Shown one piece after another: positions 8,030 through 16,512 of a DNA stretch of 64,000 nt. The stretch comes from Oscillospiraceae bacterium (GTDB taxonomy: Bacteria; Bacillota; Clostridia; Oscillospirales; Oscillospiraceae). The stretch covers positions 86,391 through 150,390 of the forward strand of contig JAFRER010000016.1 of assembly GCA_017434755.1 (NCBI GenBank). The letters run 5' to 3'. How positions within the stretch are numbered: position 1 is the first letter of the stretch; each line of letters starts with the position of its first letter. The notes beneath the pieces were generated by a model. The model was not told the origin of the DNA and did not search any database. It worked only from the letters and a program-made list of their open reading frames with translations. A program made the translations under genes and the position numbers.

Positions 8030-9250
8030 TTACTCCCGATCGGGATAAACCTGCACGTCGGCGCCTTTCGGCAGACCTTCGCAGTCCCTGTCAATGATGA
8101 AATAGCCGTCAGAACCTGCTAGAAGCGTGATGAGGCCGGATTTGGAACGGACGGGTACAGCCGTCAGGATCCCGTCCCGGCGCTCAAGCCTGCAGGCAAC
8201 GACCTGCGCGCGCCCGTGGTTGGCGCTGACGCTCTCGCTGAGCTTTGCCGGCACAGGCAGCCGCTGCTGTTCGCAGCCGGAAAGCCTGTCCAGAAGCGGC
8301 AGCACGAAGAGCCGTGCCGCGAAGAGCGCGGCGACCGGATGGCCGGGCAGACCGATAAGAGGCTTGTTCCCGGCCTTTCCGAGGATCGTCGGCTTGCCGG
8401 GCTTTACGGCGATGCCGTGGAGCAGCAGCTCGCCCGCGTCCGCTATCACGCGGCAGGCGGCATCCTTTGCCCCGACACTGCTGCCTCCCGAGAGGATCAC
8501 CGCGTCGCATTCGTACAGCGCGTCGCGGAAGGTTTCACGCAGTGCCTGCTCATCGTCTTTCACGATCCCGTACGGCACGGGATCCGCTCCGGATCGGCTC
8601 AGCAGGGCGGCAAGCATCGTGCTGTTGACGTCCCGCATCTGACCGGGGGCGGGAACGGACTCCGGAGGGACGAGCTCGTCTCCGGTAGACAGCACGCCCA
8701 CCTTCAGCTTCCTGACCACGGGTACGGAGCTGCGCCCTATGGCGGCAAGAGCGCCGATGTCCTGCGCACGGAGGATCCGTCCGGCTTTCAGCACGGTCTT
8801 TCCGGGGATCAGGTCGTCCCCGCGGAAGATGATGTTCATTCCCGGAGCGCCGGCCTTCAGGATGCCGGCGGTGCCGTCCCCGAAATCCTCGGTGTATTCG
8901 AGCATCACGGCGCAGTCCGCGCCTTTGGGGATCGCGCCGCCCGTGGGCACACAGGCGCAGGAGCCTGGCTCCAGTTCCAGTCCGGACTCACGACCCATAA
9001 GGACTTCACCGGCGACGGTCAGCACGGCGGGGATGGACACGGAGCAGCCGAAGGTGTCAGCCGCGCGGCAGGCATAGCCGTCCACGGTGGAGCGGTCAAA
9101 ATCCGGAACGTATTCCGCTGAAACGATCTCCTCGGCCAGCACGCGTCCGGCGGCGGAGACGAGCGGGACATGCTCCGTCCGCCCGGTCAACGGGACAAAC
9201 TCCTTTTGTATAAGAGCCAGCACTTCCTCCGGCGTTTTTACCTGCAGCAT
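8030..9250 (-). CDS. moeA: Molybdopterin molybdotransferase MoeA
   Basis: 406 aa. Motifs STVDGYA, LSTGDELV, ILSGGSSVGAKD, GIAVKPGKP. Lies 3 nt upstream of the second MoeA gene. Confidence 0.9.
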   Translation of the reverse strand: MLQVKTPEEVLALIQKEFVPLTGRTEHVPLVSAAGRVLAEEIVSAEYVPDFDRSTVDGYACRAADTFGCSVSIPAVLTVAGEVLMGRESGLELEPGSCACVPTGGAIPKGADCAVMLEYTEDFGDGTAGILKAGAPGMNIIFRGDDLIPGKTVLKAGRILRAQDIGALAAIGRSSVPVVRKLKVGVLSTGDELVPPESVPAPGQMRDVNSTMLAALLSRSGADPVPYGIVKDDEQALRETFRDALYECDAVILSGGSSVGAKDAACRVIADAGELLLHGIAVKPGKPTILGKAGNKPLIGLPGHPVAALFAARLFVLPLLDRLSGCEQQRLPVPAKLSESVSANHGRAQVVACRLERRDGILTAVPVRSKSGLITLLAGSDGYFIIDRDCEGLPKGADVQVYPDRE

Positions 9251-9322
9251 GGCTATACCTCAAATGTGAAGATAAACCATTATAGCTTTTTCCCTCTCCG
9301 CTTACAAGAGAGGAGAATGCTA

Positions 9323-9352
9323 TTGACGGGCACCGAGGGGATTCAATATAAT
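9323..9352 (+). promoter_or_regulatory. SigA-type promoter for the moeB-like/G3E/radical-SAM operon
   Basis: TTGACG (9323-9328), 18-nt spacer, TATAAT (9347-9352). A GC hairpin GAGGGGAGGCG-TTTT-CGCCCCCTC follows in the short leader. Confidence 0.65.
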
Positions 9353-9403
9353 GACGCTGAAGAGGGGAGGCGTTTTCGCCCCCTCGGGGAAAGGATGTTT
9401 TGC

Positions 9404-10180
9404 ATGAACGGAAACGGATTGTCCGCGGAACAGAAAGAACGGTATTCCCGCCAGATCCGCATGCCGGAGATTGGGGAGGCGGGGCAGGCAAAGCTGCTCG
9501 CCTCGAAGGTCCTGATCATCGGCGCGGGCGGGCTCGGATCTCCCGCAGCGCTGTATCTCGCGGCGGCAGGTGTCGGCACGGTCGGCATCGCCGACGGGGA
9601 CAGAGTGGAGCTTTCGAATCTCCAGCGGCAGATCCTGCACGGCAGCTCCGACATAGGCAGAGCAAAGGCGGCGTCGGCCGCGGATGCGATGCAGAGGCTC
9701 GATCCGGAGCTGTATGCCGTTTCCTATGAGCTGACGGCGGACGAGGAGAATCTGCCCGATCTGCTGGCGGAGTATGATTTTGTGCTGGACTGCACCGACA
9801 GGCATGAGACGAAGCTGCTGATCAGCGATGCCTGCGTGAGGGCGGGCAAGCCCTTGTGCACGGGGAGCGTCGCCGGCTTTTACGGACAGGTGATGACCCG
9901 GGTGCCGGGAGACGGACCCTGCTACCGCTGTATATTCGGCAATGCACCGGCAGGCCCGGCGCTTGACGCAAAAGAGAACGGCGTTCTCGGGGCTGCAGCC
10001 GGGATCATCGGCTGCATCATGGCGGCCGAGGCGGTGAAATACCTGACAGGCGCGGGGGAACTGCTAACCGGGAGTCTGCTGACCTGCGACCTGTCGGAAA
10101 TGCGATTCGAAAAGATACCGATGAAGCGGGACAGGAACTGCCCCGCCTGCGGCAAAACCAATACGGAGGCGGAAGAGTGA
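9404..10180 (+). CDS. HesA/MoeB/ThiF-family E1-like adenylyltransferase (probable MoaD-activating MoeB, no rhodanese domain)
   Basis: Motifs RYSRQI..IG..GQ, IIGAGGLGSPAALYLAAAGVG, SNLQRQ, plus CYRC and CPAC zinc motifs. The start is ATG 9404 (RBS GAAAGGA 8 nt upstream) or ATG 9395. Confidence 0.85.
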   Translation: MNGNGLSAEQKERYSRQIRMPEIGEAGQAKLLASKVLIIGAGGLGSPAALYLAAAGVGTVGIADGDRVELSNLQRQILHGSSDIGRAKAASAADAMQRLDPELYAVSYELTADEENLPDLLAEYDFVLDCTDRHETKLLISDACVRAGKPLCTGSVAGFYGQVMTRVPGDGPCYRCIFGNAPAGPALDAKENGVLGAAAGIIGCIMAAEAVKYLTGAGELLTGSLLTCDLSEMRFEKIPMKRDRNCPACGKTNTEAEE

Positions 10181-11238
10181 AAAAGTTTGCGGTGATCAGC
10201 GGTTTTCTCGGCTCCGGGAAGACCACAACGATGATGGCTTTGACAAAGCATTATTCCGCTCATTTCGGCAAGGCGGCCATGATCTCCAACGATCTGGGCG
10301 AAGGCGTGCTGCTGGCAGACCACCGGTTGGCGCAGCTGGGAGGCTGCAGGGCGCTGCAGATCAGCGACGAGTGCATCTGCTTCTGCCACGACGTGCTCAC
10401 GGAAAAGCTCGAGGCCTGCTATTCCGAAGGCTGTGACCTCGTCGTTTCGGATATACCAGGCTTCGGCGTTGGCGCGCAGGAGCACGTTTATCACGGACTG
10501 ACCGAAAACTATCCGGGACAGTTCGAGCTTGCGCCTTTCACCGTTCTGATAGAGCCGCGGAACCTCCGCCTGCTCCGGGAAGGAAAAGCCGGAGACATGG
10601 GTACTATCCTCGACGCACAGCTGAAAGAGGCGGATCTCATCGTGCTGAGCAAGTGCGAGCTGTTGGTGGCGCAGGAACGGGAGGAAGGCCTGAAATGGCT
10701 TGCGGAGCTGTATCCCTGGACGGAGCAGATCGCCGTGAGCGCTGCCAGCGGAGAAGGACTTGACGCACTCTGTCTTGCCCTGCGCGACGGGAAGGCTTCG
10801 CTCCGTCATCCCAAAATAGACTATGACGCGGATGATCTGCAGGACGCCATGGGCAGTCTGAGCGAATACTATCTGCAGTACCGCGCGCTGGTCTGCTGCA
10901 ACGATTTTGACGGCAACGCCTATCTCACGGAGCTTGCGGAGAAGATCCGCGGGGCGGTGGGCGCGGCGGGACGGGAGATCCCGCATATGAAGCTGCTGGC
11001 ATGGGCTCCGGAGGGGGATTTCGGAAAGGCGGATATCCTGGGCACCGACCGCCCCGTTGAATTGCCGCACCGCTTCATACAGCCCTGCACGGATATCGCG
11101 GTGATATTGAACACGAGCGCCGCCTGCCCGGACGCCGCGCTCAACGCCATTATCGGAGAGGCGGTAAAGGAGGTCTCGGAAAAGTATCAGCTGGAACTGA
11201 CCATATTCAAAAAAGACCATTTCAGCCTGGGAGAGTAA
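10177..11238 (+). CDS. G3E/CobW-like P-loop NTPase with divergent motifs and a C-terminal domain of about 150 aa with unknown function
   Basis: Walker A GFLGSGKTT, CobW-like Cys motif ECICFCHD, Walker B-like DLVVSDIPG, and LSKCE in place of NKxD. The GTG start overlaps the upstream stop (GTGA). Confidence 0.75.
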   Translation: MKKFAVISGFLGSGKTTTMMALTKHYSAHFGKAAMISNDLGEGVLLADHRLAQLGGCRALQISDECICFCHDVLTEKLEACYSEGCDLVVSDIPGFGVGAQEHVYHGLTENYPGQFELAPFTVLIEPRNLRLLREGKAGDMGTILDAQLKEADLIVLSKCELLVAQEREEGLKWLAELYPWTEQIAVSAASGEGLDALCLALRDGKASLRHPKIDYDADDLQDAMGSLSEYYLQYRALVCCNDFDGNAYLTELAEKIRGAVGAAGREIPHMKLLAWAPEGDFGKADILGTDRPVELPHRFIQPCTDIAVILNTSAACPDAALNAIIGEAVKEVSEKYQLELTIFKKDHFSLGE

Positions 11239-11239
11239 G

Positions 11240-12520
11240 ATGGGGACTTTGATCCGCAAGACCCGCTCGGTTTGCCCCGTATGCCTGCAAAACATCCCGG
11301 CCGGCCTCTTTCGGGAGGACGGCGGGCGGATCGTCATGCGGAAAAGCTGTGCGGAACACGGGGAGTTCAGCGTACCCGTATGGCAAGGGAAGCTTGATTT
11401 CGACACATGGCTCCTGAAAACTCCGCCGCTGCCGGAGAACAAAGGCCTGCGCTGCCCCGGAAACTGCGGCATCTGCCCGGAGCATGAGATCGGCAGCTGC
11501 TGCGTTCTGCTGGAGGTGACGAGACGCTGCGATCTGCGCTGCCGCTACTGCTTTGCCCGGGGAGGGGAGAGCGAAGAGGAGCCGTCGCTCGATGAGCTGA
11601 AAGAGGCGGTAAGGGATATCGTGCGGCAGTGCGGTGACCCTCTGCTGCAGCTTTCCGGCGGCGAACCTACCCGGCGGGACGATCTCGACGAGCTGGTACG
11701 CTTTGTGAAGGAGGCCGGCTGCAGCTATGTCCAGCTGAACACCAACGGCATCCGCCTCGCAAGGGAGTCGGATTACGCAAAAAGACTGGCGGACGCGGGG
11801 CTCGACATCGTCTTCCTCCAGTTCGACGGCACACGCGATGAGATCTATGAAGCGCTGAGAGGCAGACCTCTGCTCGATGTGAAAAAGACGGCCATCCAGG
11901 TATGCGGCGATCTCCGGATCGGCGTGACCCTCGTGCCCACGGTGGTGAGGGGAGTCAACGACGATGATCTAGGCGCCCTCATACGCTTTGCCTGTGAAAT
12001 GTCGCCCGCCGTGCGGGGGATCCACTTCCAGCCGGTTTCCTATTTCGGACGCTATCCGGGAAAGCCGGGGGATCAGGACCGCTATACGCTGGATGAGCTC
12101 ATGGCGGATATCAGCGAACAGGCGGAGATCCCGATCACGAGCTTCATGCCCTCGCGCTGCGACCATCCGATCTGCGGCTTCCATGCGAACTATCTCATCG
12201 AACCCGATGGCCTGCGGCCATTGAGCAGCATCAGCCATTCCTCTCCGAGCCGAGGCTGCGAACGGGACAACCGGGAATATGTGGCGAGGCACTGGATGCG
12301 CTCGCCCGAGGAGCCGAAGCCCGCATCGGTATTCGACGGGGAGATGGACTTCGACACCTTCCTCTACCGTCTGCGCCACGAAAGCCTGACGCTGTCCGCC
12401 ATGGCCTTCCAGGACGCGATGAACCTGAACATAGAGCGGCTGCACCGCTGCAGCCTGCACGTTTTTGACGGGGGAACCGTGAAACCCTTCTGCGCGAAGT
12501 ATCTCACCCCATTCGAATAA
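11240..12520 (+). CDS. Radical SAM enzyme of the MJ0619/Tes-like architecture (N-terminal Zn ribbon plus two Cx3Cx2C motifs)
   Basis: CPVC...CAEHG N-terminal ribbon. CPGNCGICPEH, then the canonical RRCDLRCRYCF radical SAM motif. GGEP SAM-binding motif. Starts 1 nt after the previous stop. Confidence 0.85.
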   Translation: MGTLIRKTRSVCPVCLQNIPAGLFREDGGRIVMRKSCAEHGEFSVPVWQGKLDFDTWLLKTPPLPENKGLRCPGNCGICPEHEIGSCCVLLEVTRRCDLRCRYCFARGGESEEEPSLDELKEAVRDIVRQCGDPLLQLSGGEPTRRDDLDELVRFVKEAGCSYVQLNTNGIRLARESDYAKRLADAGLDIVFLQFDGTRDEIYEALRGRPLLDVKKTAIQVCGDLRIGVTLVPTVVRGVNDDDLGALIRFACEMSPAVRGIHFQPVSYFGRYPGKPGDQDRYTLDELMADISEQAEIPITSFMPSRCDHPICGFHANYLIEPDGLRPLSSISHSSPSRGCERDNREYVARHWMRSPEEPKPASVFDGEMDFDTFLYRLRHESLTLSAMAFQDAMNLNIERLHRCSLHVFDGGTVKPFCAKYLTPFE

Positions 12521-12540
12521 AACTGAAAAAGGCAAAAAAA

Positions 12541-12571
12541 GGCCGCCGGATCCTGAACGGCGGCCCTTTTT
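12541..12571 (+). terminator. Rho-independent terminator (A/T flanks, possibly bidirectional)
   Basis: Stem GGCCGCCG (12541-12548) / CGGCGGCC (12558-12565). Preceded by A7 and followed by CTTTTT. Confidence 0.8.
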
Positions 12572-12582
12572 GCTGTTTACAA

Positions 12583-12611
12583 TTGACATTTTCCCGGCCG
12601 GCTTTTATAAT
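12583..12611 (+). promoter_or_regulatory. Consensus SigA promoter for the MoeA-like gene
   Basis: TTGACA (12583-12588), 17-nt spacer, TATAAT (12606-12611). Both hexamers match consensus perfectly. Confidence 0.8.
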
Positions 12612-12676
12612 GGTAAAAGTCGAATTGTATTTATTTAATATTCGTAAAAGACATCAACAAGAAAGGATCTTCCGCC

Positions 12677-13705
12677 ATGAAGCTGATGAAGACCGAAGAC
12701 GCTGTCGGGCATGTGCTCTGCCACGATATAACCCAGATCATCAAGGATGAAAAGAAAGGGCCCGTGTTCCGCAAGGGCCATATCATCCGCCCCGAGGACG
12801 TGCCCGTGCTGCTGAGCGTGGGCAAGGACAACATCTATATCTGGGAAAACAACGAGAATATGCTCCACGAGGATGAGGCGGCGGAGATCCTGCGGGATAT
12901 CTGCATCAACGAGCATATGCATGCCACGGAGCCGAAAGAGGGAAAAATAGAGCTCATAGCCGACACGGACGGCCTGCTGCTGATCGACGTGGAGAGACTC
13001 CGCGCCGTAAACTCCCTTCCGGAGATGATGATCGCCACACGCGCATCCGGCTTCGTAGTGAGAGAGGGCGACAAGCTCTGCGGAACGCGCGTGATCCCCC
13101 TGATCATAGAGAAAGAAAAGATGGAGCGCGCGAAGAAAGCGGCGGGCAGCGAGCCGCTGCTGAAGCTCGTGCCTCTGAAGAGCAAGAAAGTCGGCGTGGT
13201 GACAACGGGCAACGAAGTCTTCTACGGCCGCATCCAGGATACCTTCACGCCGGTCATCGAGCAGAAGCTGAGTGAGTTCGGCGGCTGCGTGATGACCGAG
13301 CATGTCACGCTCAATGACGACCACGAGAAAATCACCGCCGCCGTTCTCGATATGCTGGACAAGGGCTGCGAGATGGTGCTGTGCAGCGGAGGCATGAGCG
13401 TGGACCCGGATGACAAGACGCCTCTGGCGATAAAGAACACCGGCGCGAATATCGTTTCCTACGGCTCGCCCGTGCTTCCGGGAGCGATGTTCCTCGTATC
13501 GTACATGCCGGATGGACGCCCCGTGTGCGGGCTGCCCGGATGTGTCATGTACGCCAAACGCACGATCTTCGACCTGCTCCTGCCCTATCTCGTTACGGAC
13601 ACGCCGATCACGAAAGAACATCTCGCCGCGCTCGGCCACGGCGGACTGTGCCTCAACTGCACGGTCTGCCACTTCCCAAACTGCGGCTTCGGAAAAGGGA
13701 CCTGA
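12677..13705 (+). CDS. MoeA-like molybdopterin-binding (MoCF_BD) protein with a C-terminal Cys cluster
   Basis: 342 aa. MoCF-binding core VGVVTTGNEV...CSGGMSVDPDD. The C-terminal tail is CLNCTVCHFPNC (CxxCxxCx4C). Confidence 0.8.
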   Translation: MKLMKTEDAVGHVLCHDITQIIKDEKKGPVFRKGHIIRPEDVPVLLSVGKDNIYIWENNENMLHEDEAAEILRDICINEHMHATEPKEGKIELIADTDGLLLIDVERLRAVNSLPEMMIATRASGFVVREGDKLCGTRVIPLIIEKEKMERAKKAAGSEPLLKLVPLKSKKVGVVTTGNEVFYGRIQDTFTPVIEQKLSEFGGCVMTEHVTLNDDHEKITAAVLDMLDKGCEMVLCSGGMSVDPDDKTPLAIKNTGANIVSYGSPVLPGAMFLVSYMPDGRPVCGLPGCVMYAKRTIFDLLLPYLVTDTPITKEHLAALGHGGLCLNCTVCHFPNCGFGKGT

Positions 13706-13750
13706 TCAAACCCATAAACATTCGCACAATTCCATATCGCTTTGTTTCTT

Positions 13751-13790
13751 CCGTGTATGAACACGTAAAGCCGTGTTTATATAAATATCT
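13751..13790. promoter_or_regulatory. Candidate Mo-responsive operator/promoter region upstream of modA
   Basis: Inverted repeat CGTGT-ATGA-ACACG (13752-13765). CCGTGT is repeated 20 nt later (13771). Perfect AT palindrome TTTATATAAA (13776-13785). Confidence 0.35.
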
Positions 13791-13822
13791 TCCCTGAAAT
13801 ATGGGAAAAGGAGACTGAAGAA

Positions 13823-14722
13823 ATGAAAAAAATCCTCGCACTGCTGCTGGCACTGACCATGGTGTTTACGCTGGCAGCCTGCGGCCAATCGGCCGCACCC
13901 GTTCAGCAGGAAACAACGCAGGACACGCCGGCGGAACAGCCCGCCGAAGTTCCCGCTCCCGCTGAAGAGCCCGCTCCCGTTGAAGAGATCGAGCTCATCG
14001 TATTTGCAGCCGCATCCATGACAGAGACGATGACCCAGATCAAAGATCTCTATGAGGCGGCAAACCCCGGCGTGACCATCACCTACAACTTTGACTCCTC
14101 CGGAACGCTCAAGACCCAGATCCAGGAAAGCGCGGACTGCGACCTGTTCATCTCCGCCGCTCCCAAGCAGATGAACCAGCTCGATATCTCTTGTGACGAA
14201 GAGAAGAACCCCGACAGGCTCGATTTCGTTCTGCAGGGTAGCCGAATTAACCTGCTGGAGAATAAGGTGGCGCTTGTAGTCCCTGATGGCAACCCAAAGG
14301 GTGTCGAGTCCTTTGATGGACTTGTGGAGCTGCTCAAAGCCAAAGATGTGCTTTTTGCCATGGGCAACAGCGACGTCCCCGTGGGTCAGTATACCCAGAA
14401 GATCCTCGCCTATTATGAGCTGAGCGAAGATGATCTTGTCAAGGCAAAGCTCATCACCTACGGAACCAACGTCAAAGAAGTCACCACACAGGTAAAGGAA
14501 GCCAGCGTTGACTGCGGCGTGGTCTATGCCACCGACGCCTTCTCCGCCGGTCTCACCATCGTGGATACCGCGACCAAGGACATGTGCGGACAGGTCATCT
14601 ATCCCGCCGCTGTCCTGAACGTCAGCAAGCATCCCGAAGCGGCTCAGGCTTTCCTCGATTACCTGACCGGTCCTGAGGCAACTGCCGTGTTTGAAGCAGT
14701 CGGCTTTTCCCCTGCAGCCTGA
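13823..14722 (+). CDS. modA: Molybdate ABC transporter substrate-binding lipoprotein
   Basis: Lipobox LTLAAC|G. Motifs VFAAASMTE and FDSSGTL are typical of ModA. Followed by modB and modC. Confidence 0.9.
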   Translation: MKKILALLLALTMVFTLAACGQSAAPVQQETTQDTPAEQPAEVPAPAEEPAPVEEIELIVFAAASMTETMTQIKDLYEAANPGVTITYNFDSSGTLKTQIQESADCDLFISAAPKQMNQLDISCDEEKNPDRLDFVLQGSRINLLENKVALVVPDGNPKGVESFDGLVELLKAKDVLFAMGNSDVPVGQYTQKILAYYELSEDDLVKAKLITYGTNVKEVTTQVKEASVDCGVVYATDAFSAGLTIVDTATKDMCGQVIYPAAVLNVSKHPEAAQAFLDYLTGPEATAVFEAVGFSPAA

Positions 14723-14736
14723 ACGTATTGAATAAC

Positions 14737-14760
14737 AGGCGGCGCATAACAGCGCCGCCT
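14737..14760 (+). other. Intra-operon GC hairpin between modA and modB (possible attenuator or mRNA stabiliser)
   Basis: Stem AGGCGGCGC / GCGCCGCCT with a 6-nt loop and no T tract. Confidence 0.4.
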
Positions 14761-14782
14761 GCCGTCCTTTGGAGTGTAAGCT

Positions 14783-15457
14783 ATGAGTTTTGACTGGTAT
14801 CCTCTGTGGAACTCGCTGCGGATCGCCGCGATCAGCTGTGTGCTCGTGTTTTTCCTCGGGATCTTTTTCGCCTACTATGCGGCAAAGCTTCCCCGCTGGC
14901 TCAAGGGCATACTGGACGTTTTCCTTACGCTGCCGATGGTCCTTCCGCCCACGGTCTGCGGCTATTTTCTGCTGATCATCTTCGGAGTGAAGCGCCCAGT
15001 CGGTGCTTTCCTGGCGCAGTACGGGATCAAATTCGTCATGACCTGGTACGGCGGGATCCTGGCCGCTGCCGTGGTGGCCTTCCCGCTGATGTACAGGACA
15101 GCCCGCGGCGCCTTCGAGAGCTTCGACAAGACGCTTGCCTATTCCGGGCAGACGCTGGGCCTGAGCAACACCTATATCTTCTGGCGTGTCCGCATGCCCG
15201 CCTGCCGGCAGGGCATCCTCGCGGGAACGGTGCTGGCCTTTGCCCGCGCCCTCGGCGAATACGGCGCCACGAGCATGCTCATCGGCTATACGCCCGGCAA
15301 AACTGCCACCATTTCTACAACGGTCTACCAGCTGTGGCGCACGAACGATGAAAAAGGCGCCATGTTCTGGGTGCTGGTCAATCTTGCCATCAGCGCCGTG
15401 GTGCTGCTGAGCGTCAACATGCTGGAGGCCCGGCAGAAAAAGGCGGTGAAGCCATGA
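14783..15457 (+). CDS. modB: Molybdate ABC transporter permease
   Basis: 224 aa, 5 TM helices, with the EAA-like loop ARALGEYGAT. Confidence 0.9.
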   Translation: MSFDWYPLWNSLRIAAISCVLVFFLGIFFAYYAAKLPRWLKGILDVFLTLPMVLPPTVCGYFLLIIFGVKRPVGAFLAQYGIKFVMTWYGGILAAAVVAFPLMYRTARGAFESFDKTLAYSGQTLGLSNTYIFWRVRMPACRQGILAGTVLAFARALGEYGATSMLIGYTPGKTATISTTVYQLWRTNDEKGAMFWVLVNLAISAVVLLSVNMLEARQKKAVKP

Positions 15458-16497
15458 GCCTGCATGTCGATATACGCAAACGGCTCGGCAGCTTCACGCT
15501 GGATGTGACCTTTACCGCGGAAAACGGGATCACATCCCTTCTCGGCGCGTCCGGCTGCGGAAAGAGCATGACACTGAAGTGCATCGCCGGAATCGAACGG
15601 CCGGATGAGGGGACCATCGAACTCGACGGAAGATTGCTGTTCGATTCGAAGAAGGGCATAAATCTGCCTCCCCAGCAGCGCCGTGTCGGTTATTTATTCC
15701 AGAATTATGCGCTCTTCCCCAATATGACGGTCCGTCAGAACATCCTCTGCGGGCTGAACCGCGAAAAGGACAGGGCGGTGAAGGAGCAGCGTCTTCGCGA
15801 CATACTGCAGATGATGCAGCTGGAAGGGCTGGAACAGAGAAAGCCCGCCCAGCTTTCCGGCGGCCAGCAGCAGCGTGTGGCCCTCGCACGCATCCTTGTG
15901 AATGACCCTCAGCTTTTGCTTCTGGACGAACCTTTTTCGGCTCTCGACGGACATCTGCGGGATTCCCTGAAGGTGGAAATGCGCGATCTGCTGGAAAACT
16001 TCGGCCGCGAGGTGCTGATGGTGACGCACGACAGGAACGAAGCTTATAACATGAGCCGCGCTATAGCCGTAATGGACCGCGGACGCATCCTGACCCTGAA
16101 GCCGACCAAGGCGCTCTTTGCCGATCCGGGGAGCGTGCAGGCAGCGATCATCACCGGATGCAAGAATATCGCCAAGGCGAGAAAGCTGGACGATCACCTC
16201 ATCGAGGTGCCCGAATGGGGCATCAGGCTCGAGACGAAACAGAGCGTGAAAGAAGGATTGTGTGCCGTCGGCCTGCGGGCGCATTACTTCAGCCCCACGT
16301 CACAGCACAACCGATTTCCGGTGCTTTTTGCGGAGGAGATGGAGGAGCCTTTCGAGACCATCATCCAGTTTCGCTACGAAGGACAGAGACCGGACAGCCC
16401 GCCCGTATGGTGGCGGCTGACCAAAGAAAAAAAGCCGGCGCAGTTTCCCGCAGAACTCGGGATCTCACCGGCAAACATCCTGTTACTTTATGAATGA
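15454..16497 (+). CDS. modC: Molybdate ABC transporter ATP-binding protein with a C-terminal TOBE-like region
   Basis: Motifs [37 protein letters not shown] overlap with modB. Confidence 0.9.
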   Translation: MSLHVDIRKRLGSFTLDVTFTAENGITSLLGASGCGKSMTLKCIAGIERPDEGTIELDGRLLFDSKKGINLPPQQRRVGYLFQNYALFPNMTVRQNILCGLNREKDRAVKEQRLRDILQMMQLEGLEQRKPAQLSGGQQQRVALARILVNDPQLLLLDEPFSALDGHLRDSLKVEMRDLLENFGREVLMVTHDRNEAYNMSRAIAVMDRGRILTLKPTKALFADPGSVQAAIITGCKNIAKARKLDDHLIEVPEWGIRLETKQSVKEGLCAVGLRAHYFSPTSQHNRFPVLFAEEMEEPFETIIQFRYEGQRPDSPPVWWRLTKEKKPAQFPAELGISPANILLLYE

Positions 16498-16512
16498 AAG
16501 GAAGAATATGAT

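Noticed and set aside
9251-9403. Search for a Moco (molybdenum cofactor) riboswitch in the leaders of the moeA, moeB-like, MoeA-like, modA and mop operons (9251-9403, 12572-12676, 13706-13822, 21748-22154)
   Set aside because: All leaders are short (about 40-120 nt) and show at most one small hairpin. I could not trace the multi-stem architecture of about 130-150 nt expected for the Moco motif. A covariance-model scan would be needed to exclude it formally.
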